From contig JAYWIR010000009.1 in assembly GCA_036172245.1 (NCBI GenBank), positions 1,178,001 through 1,242,000 of the forward strand: a DNA stretch of 64,000 nucleotides, in the 5' to 3' direction. Within the stretch, counting starts at the first letter, position 1. Every line of letters starts with the position of its first letter. The DNA is from Raillietiella orientalis (taxonomy: Eukaryota). The translations under genes were made by a program, and so were the position numbers. Shown piece by piece: positions 12,721 to 26,799 of this stretch. The notes under the pieces were generated by a model. The model had not been told where the DNA came from and searched no databases. It worked only from the letters and a program-made list of their open reading frames with translations.

Positions 12721-15121
12721 AGCGGCGACCTGATTCTCAAAGATCGCACCTGCAAGTGCAGGCGATCAGCTTCGGATTCCTCGTTTTCTGCCGTCACGTC
12801 GATCTCTCCCTCCGGGCGTCACGCCACGTGTACATCTGTATACCGTTCTTCATCAGCTGTTTGTACGCAGCCATTTCCTTCCAGCGCGCAGGAACATTTT
12901 TCCCAAGTCATTGTTCGTTGCGGGCGCGAGGAAGAGTCGGACGCGCTTCTAATTTTAGCGCGGCGTTTCCTTGGGGATAAGATGCTGCTGTGCGTCTCTT
13001 TGGCAGGAAGTCTCTTTGATATCTAGCGTGTGCGTGGTTCATTGTATGGTGGTACACTGTTAAATGTTTCTTTCCTCTGTCTTTACCCCGATCTGCGCTT
13101 TCGTCTCTGTCCGTTTTATTTTTATTTTTTTTTTCCCCCCTTCTTTTCATCTCCCCCCCCTTTCCTCTCTTCTTTTTTTTTTTTTTTTTTTTTTTAACAT
13201 ATTTTCCCATTTTATTTGGCAAACATAGCAGGATCGCTGCAAATACTCGGCAATCGTTGGCACTCTTTCCTCTTGCTGCTTCATGTTTGTAAAAACCTGC
13301 GTGTTTATTTCAGCAAGAAAAGCGTTTTGCTCAATTATAAGAAGTCGAAGGTGCACGTTCTGTAGTGGAAATTTTAGGTAGAAACGTAAACTTTTTTGAA
13401 AAAAAAAAAAAAAAAAGGAAAGAAAGAAAGAAAAGGGTACTTTATTATTATTATTATGTAGGAAATTTTTCTTTTAGTGAGGAACAGGAATGCATGATTT
13501 CACTTAAAGTCCTCGCGTCTATTTTTGTTCGATAAATAAAGAGGGAGGCGTCCTCAAAGTCTTCGAAGTTTTAATACGAATAAGATTGAATTTGTCGACT
13601 TTGACGTGCTGAAGGTTTCTGCGGATCTCATGTTGCTCGTTCAAAGTCACTTCCTGCTCCATGGGGAACAGTCATCTCACAGCAGATAGTTCCTTGAAGG
13701 AAGATCTTGGGAGTTCATCTTCGAAACCTATCAAGATTAGAATTGCACTTTAAGCTTGGAATGACATTATGATACCTGGTACACGCCGGCAGTCGTGTTC
13801 ATGCCCCACAGAGGTGAAATCGACGAATCTCGGCATCCGTGGCAGATAAAGTAAGTGATGTGTTTTGAATTCGGTGAGCTCGTGCAGGCCGACGACACGC
13901 ACTTTGAAACCCGAAGATGCTTCTTCTGAAGAGATGGGGGAAAAAGGATGGCCAGCCCCGCGGGAGAACTTTCCAAGCTGCAGTGCCCGAATTTCGATGC
14001 CTCATCCGTCCGTTCTTGAAACCGAGAATTCTGTGCCGAGTGGAATCTTCTCGTTTTACTCACCCCAGCGCACCAACTTCATTAGTCGGCCTTGCGGCCA
14101 TTCGAGACTTTTGCTGTTGCCGTTTTTCACTGCGTGTTCCCAAGCATCCTTTGTCTTGGTGGTAGCCTTGGGCGAGACTCTGGGGTCGATCTGTACAGCC
14201 TTTGCCGTGGTTAGTTGGCGTGCATGTGGCCAAACGATGGAAACTGCTAAGAAGCTCGCGCCCGTACGGAAGATGGGTTGGAGCCACAATCTCGTAATCA
14301 CTTCTGCAGCGTTTTCAACCAGGCGCAGTGAAGAATGGGGCCATCCAGTCCCCCTGCCGGCTTGCCTTTGTAGGAGCGGATATTTGTTGCTTATTGGACT
14401 AGGTGTTTGAGTTAGGATAGTAGCAAAGTAGGATTTCTGTTGGCACGCTGCTCATTATCCTTGTCATTGGGATAGTTGCAGAACCTGTCTCCGGAAAAAA
14501 TAAAGAAAATCGAATGTTTTCCGTTTATTCTAATGCTATTTTTGAATCAACCGATTACAGAGTGCACACTTCATGTAGGAAGCCCTTGTTCTCGTTTCTC
14601 CCATTCTACTTCCGACAGCGTTGTAACCCAGAAGTTTTCGTCATCTACTGCTCATGGTCGGAGTGCTGGGGTAGCCTTACAGATAGCGCTTAAATTCTAC
14701 AGGTTCCTCCGGACCGAGCTGCATTCTGTACTTTCCCTATTAGCAGTGATCTGCTGTAGGAACAATACGGGATAGCTGTTCGAAAAAAAAAAAAAAATTT
14801 TTTTTGTGTGTGCCTTTTCACGGTTGGAGTCTTATGCGTGAAGGCGCTATACACACTCGGGATACGTATAAATTTATTTATGTATTCATTTCCAGTTGCT
14901 GCTTGCGATTTGTTTTCTTAGTGCAAAGTATTCTTTTGTAAGTTAACGGTTTAAAGACTTTGAAGATCGATAGGGACAGATGTTGAAAAGAATTGTTATA
15001 TACTTGACATTTCCGATGCTCGGAGAATTCTCGGGCAGAGGTAATGCATCTGAGCGATTTATGTTCTGTAGCATTGCAGTTGCCAAAGAACGTCGGTTGC
15101 GAACTGTTGAATGGATCGATT

Positions 15122-15143
15122 TATATACATATATATATATATA

Positions 15144-15179
<36 letters not shown>

Positions 15180-15184
15180 TATAT
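15122..15184. repeat. (TA)n/(TACA)n microsatellite
   Basis: Read directly. Similar tracts occur at ~15336-15352, ~25113-25160 and ~41452-41470. Confidence 0.9.
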
Positions 15185-15193
15185 CAGTCGACA

Positions 15194-15336
15194 TTTTTTT
15201 TTTCCAAAGGGAAAACTGATACAAACAATTATTTTCCAAGGAGAAGTTAGAAATGTGTCTTCGGATTCATCTGCTAGTAAAGCTTTTCACACACACCCTT
15301 GTCATCATGGTCGACATAGAAGTAAGAAGTTCTGCA
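15194..15336. repeat. ~140-bp direct repeat, copy 1 (copy 2 at 20182-20332)
   Basis: poly(T)-CCAAAGGGAAAACTGATACAAAC...GAAGTAAGAAGTTCTGCA appears identical in both copies apart from T-run length. Confidence 0.95.
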
Positions 15337-18300
15337 TATATATATATATATATGTAGTTATGTATGTAGGTTCTCCAGAATGGAAGCATGACATCCAGGC
15401 GGAAGTTTGAATCATGCATTCACATTCCACCAGTTGTTTGCTTGTTCCAAGATCATTCGCTCATTTGATGACAAAAAGTGGATGGACTGGGAGGGAATTA
15501 GACGTGGTCATCTTCTTGGCAGCTGATCTGTAATCACGATGATTCCAGATGCTTTGTCACTCCCCGTTTGGGAAACTCCCCGTGCCTCCGTGTTGGTGAG
15601 AACGGTTGTTGCAGGGGTGCCAGACAGTGGCGGGATGAAACGGTATTCAAACCGAAATGAAATCGAGCAGACGTTTAATTTCGTTTCCATTCCTCGTTCA
15701 GATTTTCCATTTCGGTGTCAATTCCGTTTCTATTTTGGAACGTGGATTTTCGGCGTTTTTGTTAGGCTTTCCTGTGATGGCCGGTTTTTGACCTCACATC
15801 ACGTTAATCTTGTTCTCCTGTCAGAACGACACCCAAAGTTTTGCTTTTGACAAAGCAATCAATTTGATGTCAGGGTATCTTGATAATTTTGTTCCTTCTG
15901 TTCGACGAAATCTGAAAACTTGGTACGCTGCACGTTTAGAATTAACCAACTCATCCTTTTTAATGAGTCGAGATGAATTTACAAGCAGACAGATGTCGTG
16001 CTCAAATGTAGTCGAATGAAAAGGATTCCGCATGTAAACATTTCGCTTCATTTCCTTGAACTCAAAGTGTTTACGACTCGAGGAAACTTGCTCGGAACTG
16101 TCTAGTGAGCTGCCATTGAACCAAAAAGGACGTGTTCTCGTATAAGCAGTCTATGTTCCGAGCTTACGAGTGATTACAGATCATGAAGTCCTTGTTCCTA
16201 ATCGTTTTGCTTCTGGTTTATTTATGAATGAGAAGTACACGTGAACGTTTTATTGCAAATGGTCTTCGATGCCTTGCAAAGGGCTTTCCTTTGAACTAAA
16301 ACAAACGGATCACTTTCTTAAATGGGTTTCTTAAATCTGTTTAAGACTCTACTGCCCTTATTTCTGTTCAGTGGAATTCGATGTATAGAATGAGTTAACA
16401 GATCAGCAGAAGGAGTGTGAGTCACTCTCACGCTTCTTTCCATCCTAAGAAAGCACCTTAGAGCTCGTGAAGACCAGAATTTGTTTCGAAGGACAAGTCG
16501 GGAAAGTCTGCCGAAATGCTAAAAGGTTACATGAAATTAATTTATAATTAAGACAGCTTCTTTTGCTAATCTGTTTACGTGGAGCTTCCGTGAAACACCA
16601 TCCATTGCACTTTTTCCATCTTGTTCAAGCATCCTCCTCTCATATAGAAGGCAACGGAAAGAACGTTTATGGAGAATGAAAGAGTGAGAAGTACTCGGAC
16701 GGGACAGCTTTATAAACTTAATGCAAGAAAAAACATGGAAATTTCGGTGCATACCAAGCAGCAAACAGATCGTTACATTCTTATTCTACTTTGATACATT
16801 CGTTGGAATGTATCAAAGTAGAAAGCTTCTGTAAGTGTTTCTCCCAGTACGATCTCAAGGGTAACTGCTGCTGGATTCCACCAAAAGGTTGTGCAGATTA
16901 TTCTCTGTCATGTTGTTTTCCTCCTTCTCCGAGTTGCTCTGACATCTCCAAACATGCAGCAAAGAAGGAACCGAAATGTTTGTATTACACGTACCCCACT
17001 CTTTGCTACATTTTCATAGGCGACCTCCTAAGTGCCCTTAGAGAACAGGCTTGGAGCTCGCAAAGTGCTTTGTCGGAGTCTGAGAACGCTTTCTGCATGT
17101 AAAGATCCGGCAAGGTGATGCCCGGTGCCAAACTGGTAATCTGTTGCCTTTGCTGAATTCGTGCAGCACGGAGAAATCTTTAGCGGGATGGGTCCTCTCC
17201 CGGAAGATTGTGCGGCGAATTCTGTCGCTTTTTTTACCGAGCGCTTTTTCGAAAAAGCGAGGTGGTGACGTACAAACATTGATTCATCCGGGATCCTTCG
17301 TTTTTCATGAGCGTGGAGTTACCAAGCGGCTCCATCTCCGATGCCAAACCTCATATGCCAGTGCCTCGTATTTGGTCCACCTCAAAAGTTGCTGCTGTTC
17401 TTGGAGAAAGAGATCTCTGTATGCTTGCAGAAAAGCGGCATGAAGCAGCTTGAACCAAGGAGCGTTTCGTTTCTCCACACTCCGACGATTCAGAAAAGAA
17501 TGCGAAATCAGAAAAACCGCTACACCTTTTCGTTATTTTTCTTCTTCTTCTTTTTTTTTTTTTTAAAAAAAAAAAAAAATGGCGTTATGAGGAATCCATA
17601 TCTTATTTGCTCACACGGCCACATCCTTTTGCTGAGAGGAGCCAAAATTGAAGAGTGGTTTGGTTCCAGCACAAGGAAAGAAGAAGGACTAGATATCGAT
17701 TTGACAAGAGTATATACTCGCGAGAAAAAAAAAAAAAAAAAATCCGAAACTGTTTTCCTTTTTTTTTTTTTTTTTCCTTTTTTTCTCCCCCCCACCCCCC
17801 ATTCTATAGCGAACTACCGTTGTGCATTTACAGAGGTTAATGTAGTCGAATAATGTATACGAAAACATCCTGGTTGCCCCGCTGACAAGCGACGGGAACC
17901 AATTTTGGTAGTTTTGATGACCGCATCAGCTAGGTTTCCAAAGAGTGAAGTACCAAAGGGAGAAGGCAATCAGAATAGTCAAGGAATCACAGCTGTACAA
18001 AGCATTGCCCTGAACGTGTTGGTATCTCTCACGGAGGCACCTCGGAGAGATACCAACACCAACCTTTCCAGTCCAATGCAGACGGAAAGAGGACTTCTAG
18101 CTTCGAAAGTAAAATGCGTGCTTATGCAGAGAACCGAAGATGACGTATGTAAAAAACAAATGGGCAAAATTATTTGTCAGTGAGGACATGAAGAAAAGCG
18201 CTTTACGTGGGTTACTATACTATGCTAGGAAATACGTTAGGAGCATCGGCATTGTGTCGTTACTCTGGTGGCTGCCGGGACGTAGCAACAGGAAACTGAG

Positions 18301-20181
18301 TTTATTCTTACAGGGATCGTGCCTTTATCTCAAGTTTGCACAACCAAATGCGTTTGGATCTCTTGATTTTTTTTTTTTTTTCATTTCTGTTTTCGTTGTT
18401 GCGGTACTCTGCATACTCTGGTTATTTCCACACTGTCGCTCTTTGCAAGCATACTCAAAGTGCATGCATGCTCTCGAAGTTTGAGAGGTGTCCGAGGTCA
18501 TTCTCCAAAACACGTTCGATTCGAATCGTGTTGATTGCGCGACACGCCTTTTCCTCTTTTTCGCTTGATTGTGCCACTTCGGAATTATTGACACCAGAGT
18601 GTACCGTACAGTTAGACAGTTGCTACTACCACGTTCCGGTGGCGATTCTAAAGGGTCATGTCGGTTTCATTAGAGTTCCGTGGCATCTTCAGATTACTTT
18701 CTGCTCCACTGGTAACGCTCTGAGGATCCGAATTTCGCTTTGTTCCTCCGTGTTTATGGATGTTGAGGATAAGTAGGGCATCTTTTAATGCGTTTCAAGT
18801 TGGCACCTTTCTGGCTGTTGGGAACTGGTTCCTAACATCTGCTCGCCTTTGAGTTGCAGCAAGAAAAGTCACAGGGACCTTTTTAGATGTAAAGCCGTAA
18901 TATGCTCACTGAGATTCAAAGCGTCTGCGAGAACTCGGCGTGGAACGCGCTCGTGAGTTGAGTTTTACTGACTGCGAGGCGTCGATGGAGGATGCGTGCG
19001 GAAGAGACGAGAACCGATTCTCTCAGATGCTGCGGAGAACGCTGCAGGCTAAATGAAGCAAGTTGCGATCAGCTTTTCCTAAAGAGAATGTGTTGTGGTT
19101 TGTGAAGAAGCGATTCATCATTTCCACAGGTGCACCTCTCACTCTCAAACTCAGAGCACTGAAAAACGTGAAGTGTCAATGAAGTTTTGGGACATCTTTC
19201 TTTCCTCCTGAATCATGGTTTCCCATGCTCACAGTTGGCTCACCATGTCATTGCCTGATCCTGTTTTTCTTGTTCCTGTTGCTGCTGCTGCTATTTGATT
19301 TCTCCCTCCCTTTCAGTTCGTCATCTCTTTAGTGACTGTGCAATCTGCAGTTGCACCTCATCCGTTTTCCTCCATCCAGCAGCTCCTTCCAGAAATTGGT
19401 GTTGAACTGAAAGTTTGTTATTTGCAAGTTTCCCGTGCGCGCTCTCCTAACAGGAATTCCACCATCTGTCCCATCAGCAGTTTCGCGCGCTTCTCTGCAT
19501 CCTTCCACTGTGCAGAAATCTCTCGTCCCGGCTGACCAAAGCGGTTCCCACTTCCCGCTGGTTGCCTTTTTGCAATCCCGGAAAAACGAGGAAAGAAGCC
19601 GGTCGGATGGACTTTTCCGAATTCGCAGTTCCTTCTCCTAGAAACGCAGGCGATCGTGTAGCACTATTCGGCAGAGGGTTGGGTGTCGCACCTCTCAAAA
19701 CTTCCTACCGAAAGGCGCATCAGTCCTTGCCGCTCACTCCTGAGAACGGATGTTGTCATCTAGAGTTCAATTCTTCCGGAAGAAGAGGGGCATGCTTTTC
19801 CGTATGCGAAACACCGTTCTGATCATTCCTTCTTGTCCTGTTCCCGGTGAATGTGCCTTGCTACAACTTGCCTCTTTCCCTCACTGCTTCCGCCACGTTG
19901 GATAATTGCTGTTGCGTCCAGGATTTCCCAGCTGCATCGCACGTTTCAGGAACGTCACTGACCTCCAGCAGAACCGAAAACGCTTCCTCGTGTTGTAATT
20001 AGAAGTAGCTAAAAGCCCTTAAGTAATCTCATTCAGCGTTGCTTGTGTCGCTGCTGCAATGCTTCCTGAAATTCCTGCGTCTGCTAATCTTCACTTCTCT
20101 CTTTGCTGACTACGGTACTTCATACTGCTATCAAGGAGTGGACACTTTCGTGTTTAATTCTCTTGGAAGCTGCCATTTAAG

Positions 20182-20332
20182 TTTTTTTTTTTTTTTTTTC
20201 CAAAGGGAAAACTGATACAAACAATTATTTTCCAAGGAGAAGTTAGAAATGTGTCTTCGGATTCATCTGCTAGTAAAGCTTTTCACACACACCCTTGTCA
20301 TCATGGTCGACATAGAAGTAAGAAGTTCTGCA
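20182..20332. repeat. ~140-bp direct repeat, copy 2
   Basis: Same sequence as 15194-15336. Confidence 0.95.
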
Positions 20333-21690
20333 CGCTGCTGATGCGATTGCATCGTTGCCTCAGCTGGAGTTGCATCCCATCTACAGGTTGAATCAGTAAA
20401 GCAGAAATCTCTGTTCAGGAACTTTCAAAGTTAGCTGAAGCAAGTCACACTGGAACGCGTTTTGAAAAAAATTCATTCGAATGGCAAGCTTAAAGAACGA
20501 CTCTCGTGGCGTTGCAGAGGTTCCCAGGATGCTGTTCTTAAGATGTGAGCTTTCCGGCGATTTCGCGAGAGTGCTGCTGCGTCTTCGTGTATTTCCCGTC
20601 GATTGAGTCAGCTGGAGGAGCCCCACACTGCGCGGAGTTTTTCTCTTCCCCCTACTTCGCCGTTCCCGATTGGCCGGCCCCGTTCTTGGATGTTTCCTCC
20701 GAGTCTTGTTCCACTTGTTGATCCGGTTTCGTTTGGTTTCGTTCCTGCTGCTGCTGTTCCTTTCCCTCCCTCCCTCATCGGGTGAGAAGGAGCTGAACCG
20801 TGTTCTCGCCCGAGTGGTGTGCGGATCGTTCTTCGATGGGTTCGGTGCCTACGAGATCCCAGGCCCTCATGGGACTTCCGCAACGTCTAAGCGCGCCGCA
20901 TTGCCTTTGCGAAAGGAAATCGAAAGTAATCCCGAATCCCGGCGTTCCCTGATTGCGCTGCCTGCGCTCTGCCAGGAAATCTCCGCCAGCGGGGCTAAAA
21001 ATATCCTGCGAGCGCTAAGCCATTGTGGGTTGCCAATATTTAAGCTCCCTGCCATCGGTCGCGCGCCATGTTGGTTTTCCCTGCGGGCGGGCAGTTCGCT
21101 TCCTCCGTTTTCAGGAAGCTGGGCCCTGGGGCGAGCGTGGATGCGTGCCCATCTTGGTGACGTTTCTGGCGCGGGCCCGTCAGGCCACACACCGGTGCAC
21201 CCAGTCTGCGCTGTAGCGCGTTTCTTTCATTGTATTCCCCTCCCCACCCCAGCTCCCACCCCTAGTAGTTTATTTTTTGATGCTCTGTTTTCCCTTATTT
21301 AATTTGCCGGAAGTCTCTATTCGTGTGGTTCTCTCCGTTCTTGTTTGCTCGGCTCGCGTTGCCGCTGAAGGGAGCCTGCAAGCACCTTTTATGTAATTCT
21401 TTTGAAGAGTCTTGTACACGTCTGAATCTTGTACAAGGAAACATGCAGCCCATTGCCTGCCAATGGGAGAAAGTCAACGAGTACACACGAATTTTCAGAT
21501 ATGATGATGGCGGCAGTCGTGGAAGCGTTGGCGGACCCTTTTCGGGTCTCGTTTGTCTCTTGAATGTTCCGAATCGGGTTCGCACTAATACATACGTACG
21601 CAGGCATGAGCTGAGTAATGGAAGCTTGCATTTGCGTGGGTACTGCTTCCCTGTGGCATGCGCGGGCGTTTGCCCGGAAGAACGCCCTCT

Positions 21691-21721
<31 letters not shown>

Positions 21722-22029
21722 CCATCTTGCTCATTCTTTTTTTTCTTGGCTACGCATAGCAACGGCACCTCGAAAAGCCCTTACTGAATCCGTGTTCGCA
21801 GGTGGCTAATGGCATGCTCTGGTGGGGATTTGCGCGATAAATTCTCCCTGCTTCGGCACTCCATTTGCAGTGATCCGATCGTAAAAGACCCTGTCTCCTC
21901 ATTCCAGAGTCGGGACTCCACTTTAACAAGTCCGGACACATCGTCTACTGGGACATAAAGCTCGACCAAGACCTCTGGCAGACCATCGTATCCATTTACC
22001 CAGAGTGGTTCCGCGAATACATTGACAGG

Positions 22030-25000
22030 ATGGACGGCGGTGATGCGGAGGCCACCGACGAAGACGTCCTCCCGTCTCCTCCTCACTGCATCATCGACGA
22101 TTCTCCTATACAGGATCAGATCGACAAGTACAAAGAATGTGCGTCTTCCCGAAAGGGGATGGGAAGGGGGTTCAGAATCGCAAATGTCACCCGGGATTCT
22201 TCCGTCTTCCAGCTCTGAGGGTGAAGCTGATGCTCAGGAGACCGATGGCGCAGCTCGTGGATCAGGGCATCTTACCTCGTGAGTAGAGCAGTCAGAGATC
22301 CCGTGCTGAGCAAGGGCGCGCAACTCTCCCCGGTTTCCCCTTTCTTTCCTCGGTCACAGCTCCCAAGACGCCCGCAGCCTTCTTCGAGCAGCGTCAGAAA
22401 CTGGAAAGAGCCAAGATGGGTGACATCCTGAAAGCCAAGATTCAGAGGCGTCCGGGAAAGCAGGAACTCATTCAACAGCACATCCTGGAAGGTTCGGTTT
22501 CCTCCTCTCCCATCTATTCCCTTCGATACAGCGGTGCTCCGGGGAGGTTCTTGCAGATAACGGGAATGTTGACCCATCCCTGGCGGAGAGGCAGCGTCAG
22601 TTGAAGAAGGCCAAGCTGGCGGATATCCTCAACGATCAGTTGTCCCATCGTCCTGGACCTCTCGAGCTGATCGAGGACAACATACTGCACACCGACCTAG
22701 AGTTCGAGAAAGCTATTAAAGGTAACGGAGGGACGACGCGCGGACGAACGGATACACCTGAAAAACTGCAGAGGGCCAGATCGCTTTCAAGAAGACAAGC
22801 GAAGGTGAAGCCAAGAAGAACCCCACGAGGACCTTTTCGGCCGACCTCTTCGAAGAAGACTCGATCAGCGACGGCGTGTCTTCGCCATCTCAGAATGATA
22901 CCACTCCAAGTCTCCCGTCTCCCGCGTCGACGGGTTATCACTTATCCACTGCCGTTGGCCCTGGCGCTGCCCCCTCATTCAGCCCCAGCCTTGCGTCATC
23001 ATCATCCAGCCTTAGCCCTCTCAGCTCCGTTCCTTCACCTTCTGCAAGCTTCGGTTCTGGCTTCTCGTCATCGTCTTCCTCGTCAATGACGCCGGCAACC
23101 GCAACGGCGGGGACAGGCAAGAGTCGCAAGAAGCTCAAGGCCAAGAGCCAGCCTAAAATGCGCACCATCAAGTTTCACGAGTACAAGGTGAAGTCGCGTG
23201 CTCTTGCCCACTTCAGCCCTTTCGCCTCTTTGTTTTTCTCTGTTTTTCTACTTCCGCGTCCTCGTCTTTTGATTTGTTTTTCCTGACTGTATACTGTGAT
23301 CAGGGTCCGCCAAGCATGCAGAAGAAGGAGACGCAACCGCCCATGTCTCAGGAGACGTCCTATGACCTGTTGTTGAAGCAGCAGCAGCTGTTTCTTCAGT
23401 GGCAGCTCGAACTGCAGCACAAGGTTAGCAGAGGCCAATCGGTGTTGTGCTCCCATGTACTCTTTGTTTCCCTGCAGTACCCACAGATTATCCTTCCCGC
23501 TAACAAGAGCGGCGCAGACACCAACGTGCCGAATGTGGTTGCCATCAGTCCGCCATTGCTCCACCGTGCTGTCACTGCTGCTCAGCAACAGCAGCAGCAA
23601 GACGGAGCACAGCCTTCACCGTCGCCTCGTGTGCTGCCCAAGCTCGAAGGTATGAAGGGTAAGGCTGAACCGGGTCCGGTTGGAACCCCCCTGGCTACTT
23701 TGCCGGCTGGTGCCCGCCAGTGATGGACCTGAAGGCTGAGCTGAAGCGCCGTAACTTGCCGGTGTCCGGCTGCAAGCCCCAACTCATCGAGCGTCTCAAG
23801 CCCTACTCCGACCCTCCCCACGGGTCTCAGGTCGCCCTGCGCCCAGAGATGCCCGTGGCCAGCGCGCGCACCTTCCCCGCCGAAGAGCTGAACGTCCCTC
23901 CACCCTCCGCCGTCGTGCCCATGGACCTCGACATCGATTCGGAAGCCGTCGTGGACACCGCCGAAGGCTCTCCCTGCCCGTGCGTCTTCACGGTTGATGC
24001 ACAGGCGGATCCAGAGGCCGCCAGAAGCGGCGGGGGCGGCAGTGATGATGCCATCAGGCAGCAGGAGCTACGCATAGCTCAGCTGCTCCGGGAGCTCCAG
24101 GAGTCGAAGCGGCAGCTGGAGCAGCTCAAGAAGTGGAATCAAAACTCCGGAAAAGAAGGAACCTCGGACGGTGGAGGAGGCGGCGGAAGTGGCGCCAGGT
24201 CACAGCAGAAGCTCATCCTGCATCAACACCTTCAAAAGAAGATCCAAACGCAGCAATTGCAGGCGCATATCCAGCGCCTGAAAGTGCTCCAGGACATTCA
24301 ACAGCAGCAGCACGAGAGGACTGCGGCCGTAGTAGCAGCGGCGGCGGTGTCCGACCACTCCAAGGACGACAGCGAGCCGGCAACCCTCGCGCGGCAGCTC
24401 AAGAGCAATGGGCACTCCATCAGGACCACCACGTCTTTGCCTCTCGCCGTACACCTCCCAGCGGACCCTCTCTGGGATAGACCCCCCCTTAGCTACGAAA
24501 CGGCCTTGGAGCACCTGAAGATGTCTTCCAGAGGACCGCAGAGGAAGGCCATAATAAAGAGCCAGGCCGTGGACGATGTCCTGGAGATACTCATCCGAAA
24601 CGGCGGTAGGTTCCCCTTCTTTCATCCTCTTCTGGATGCGTGGCGGAAGTCTCACAAGGGTCGTTCCAGAGCTTCCACCCAGCGCTGCTGCAGACCCTCA
24701 GGTCCCTCCAGTTACCATTCCAAAGATGCTCGAGTTGTCTTCGAACCAGTCCGTGTTGCCTTCGTCCGTTCCGCACGGCGACTCGCCGCCAGGTTTCGTC
24801 GCGCATTCCTCGGGCTCCGCGAGCAGTGGCGGCGCGAAGGAGCTCAAACCGCCGCCACCCCCGGTCAAGGTTGAGAACGAAGCCCTCTTCGTCGAGTCGC
24901 TCGACTTTCCCTTCGTGGACTACGACCGGACAATGGAGACGGACCTGATCTCGTGCTTCCCTGGTGAAGCTCGTGATCCTCTGCTCCTCAATTGTCAGGA

Positions 25001-25070
25001 GCCCCTCGACCTCTTCAGCCTGGAAGACATCGAGTTTCGGTTCGAGGACGATTCCGCGAGGTGGACGTAA
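22030..25070 (+). CDS. Mrtf: Myocardin-related transcription factor (RPEL x3, basic/Q-rich region, SAP domain, coiled coil), ~824 aa
   Basis: Phase-consistent GT-AG exons: 22030-22138, 22213-22278, 22360-22491, 22557-22721, 22772-23187, 23304-23423, 23478-23658, 23721-24605, 24670-25070 (2475 nt). Motifs: RPEL repeats RRPMAQLVDQGIL, RRPGKQELIQQHIL and HRPGPLELIEDNIL; B1 box IKFHEYKGPP; QQQLFLQWQL; SAP domain LEGMKVMDLKAELKRRNLPVSGCKPQLIERL; SQAVDDVLEILIRNGELPP. An AG just before the ATG implies upstream exon(s). Confidence 0.93.
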
Positions 25071-26799
25071 CGTGCTTTCATTTACCAGATAGGACCACTT
25101 AACACGTACACAAATACATACATATATATATATATATGTATGTATATATATATGTGTATGTATTGACAGAGGACCATTGCTAGGGATCCTTGCCGGCCAT
25201 CCTCAAGAGCAACCGTTCTTGTTTTCCACCCTCCCCCCCCCACACACACCCCAACCCACTCTGTCTCCGCGCTTTTCCGAAACTGTTCCCAAAGTCTACA
25301 TTCCAGACTACGCACGCACTCTTAGGATACGTTGTTGCTAAGCGGATGGCACGCAATGGTGTTTTTCCTTTCTTCCTTTTCTTTCATCCCCGTGATGAGC
25401 GGACGACCCATCTTCAATGTACAAATTCCAAGATATTTTTTTGATTTGAAGCCGTTTGCATTTCTCTTCGATTCCAAGAAAACGAAAAGAAAAAGAAAAA
25501 ATACATTTTCCACGTATGGTTCCAGTAACGGAAGCGGAGGGTTTCATTTTCTGCTTCTGTACGCCCTCAGCACTCCTCTTGCGTGCAGGCAGCACCTCTG
25601 ATTCACATGCCCCTAGGAAACACTACTCGTTCTTAGTGTTCTTCCTTCGTAAGGTTTCTTTCTTTGCTCCTTAGCCCCCGTTTTTGCGAGAGGATTGCCG
25701 AGGTGTTTGTGAGCACTGGTCCCCATTGATTCACTGTCCCTCCATCTCCTTGGAAAAAGGGTCGTATTTCGTACTTTTGAAGGGTACTGCAGTGCGCACT
25801 GCATTCTATGCAAGAAGAATCACAAAGCCATAAGCGAGATCGGCGTTTAGCGTAAACGATCTTGTGCTCGAGGCATTTTGGTGAGTCCGCGGAACTACGT
25901 GCTCGTGTCCAAGCACTTCTGCCACCATTGGAATTCCCTGCTGTGAATCGCCTACATTTTCACGTTCTGCTTGTTGCGGGTGCTTGAAAGATCCTTCAGT
26001 CTTCCATTTTTTTTTTGACCCTCTGTGCTGTGATTTCTAGAGAAACAGAACATCACGTAGAGACGCGATGTTAGGTGAACACAGACGTGTTCACCGTACA
26101 TCAGAAGTGTTCTTTTTTTTTCCTACCAAAATTTTTTTGAATGGATTATGTGAGAAGCAGCAGTGTCCCAGGGAATGGCCTCCACTGTGCAGTAATTAGT
26201 GGCATTTTCAAGTGCGCGAGATGCTTTCTCATAAATTTCTTCCTGCAGACCATTCAAGACTTGTCTGTGTGAGGACTCCGCGTGAATTCAAGTGTTCCGA
26301 TCACAGCACTCACGCTCTTTCCTGCTTGTCGCAGAAGATATTCGTAATCTCACAAGAAACCACATCGTGGAAATAAGTAGTTGTAGTCTTACACCTTGTT
26401 GATGAGCGTTGTCGTTGTTGCATGTGTTGAGCTTTCCGTGATGTTTGTACACGAAGTTTTGGCACCCCTGCATTCACGAAGGCACATTTCGGCTGTCGAA
26501 GGGAACGGTGCATTTAGGCACTCTCGTAGGTGTCCGTCTACCTCGACGTGAACTCGATGGTTCGTTTTGGTTCACCTGAAGGTGATGCACTTAAACATAT
26601 ATCAGAGTACAATGCTTCTTTTATTGCTTTTCTTGTTCTTACACGACAAACAGGAAAACTTCTACGGCTACAGTAATTTGGCGTCCATCTCAGAGTGGAA
26701 TGTTAACCCAAGCAAGTGCTATTCGCATCAGTTAATGTGGACTAGTAACATGAATTCAGAATAATAGCTGGTAATTTTCGCCCGTAACGTTATGCTGTT

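Noticed and set aside
15290..15312. C/D snoRNA suggested by box C-like ATGATGA on the minus strand of the 140-bp repeat
   Set aside because: No box D (CTGA) or terminal stem at a suitable distance.
20670..21302. 210-aa ORF containing LPLRKEIESNPES, resembling the MRTF pre-RPEL segment
   Set aside because: No GT donor at the required position after NPES and no other similarity.
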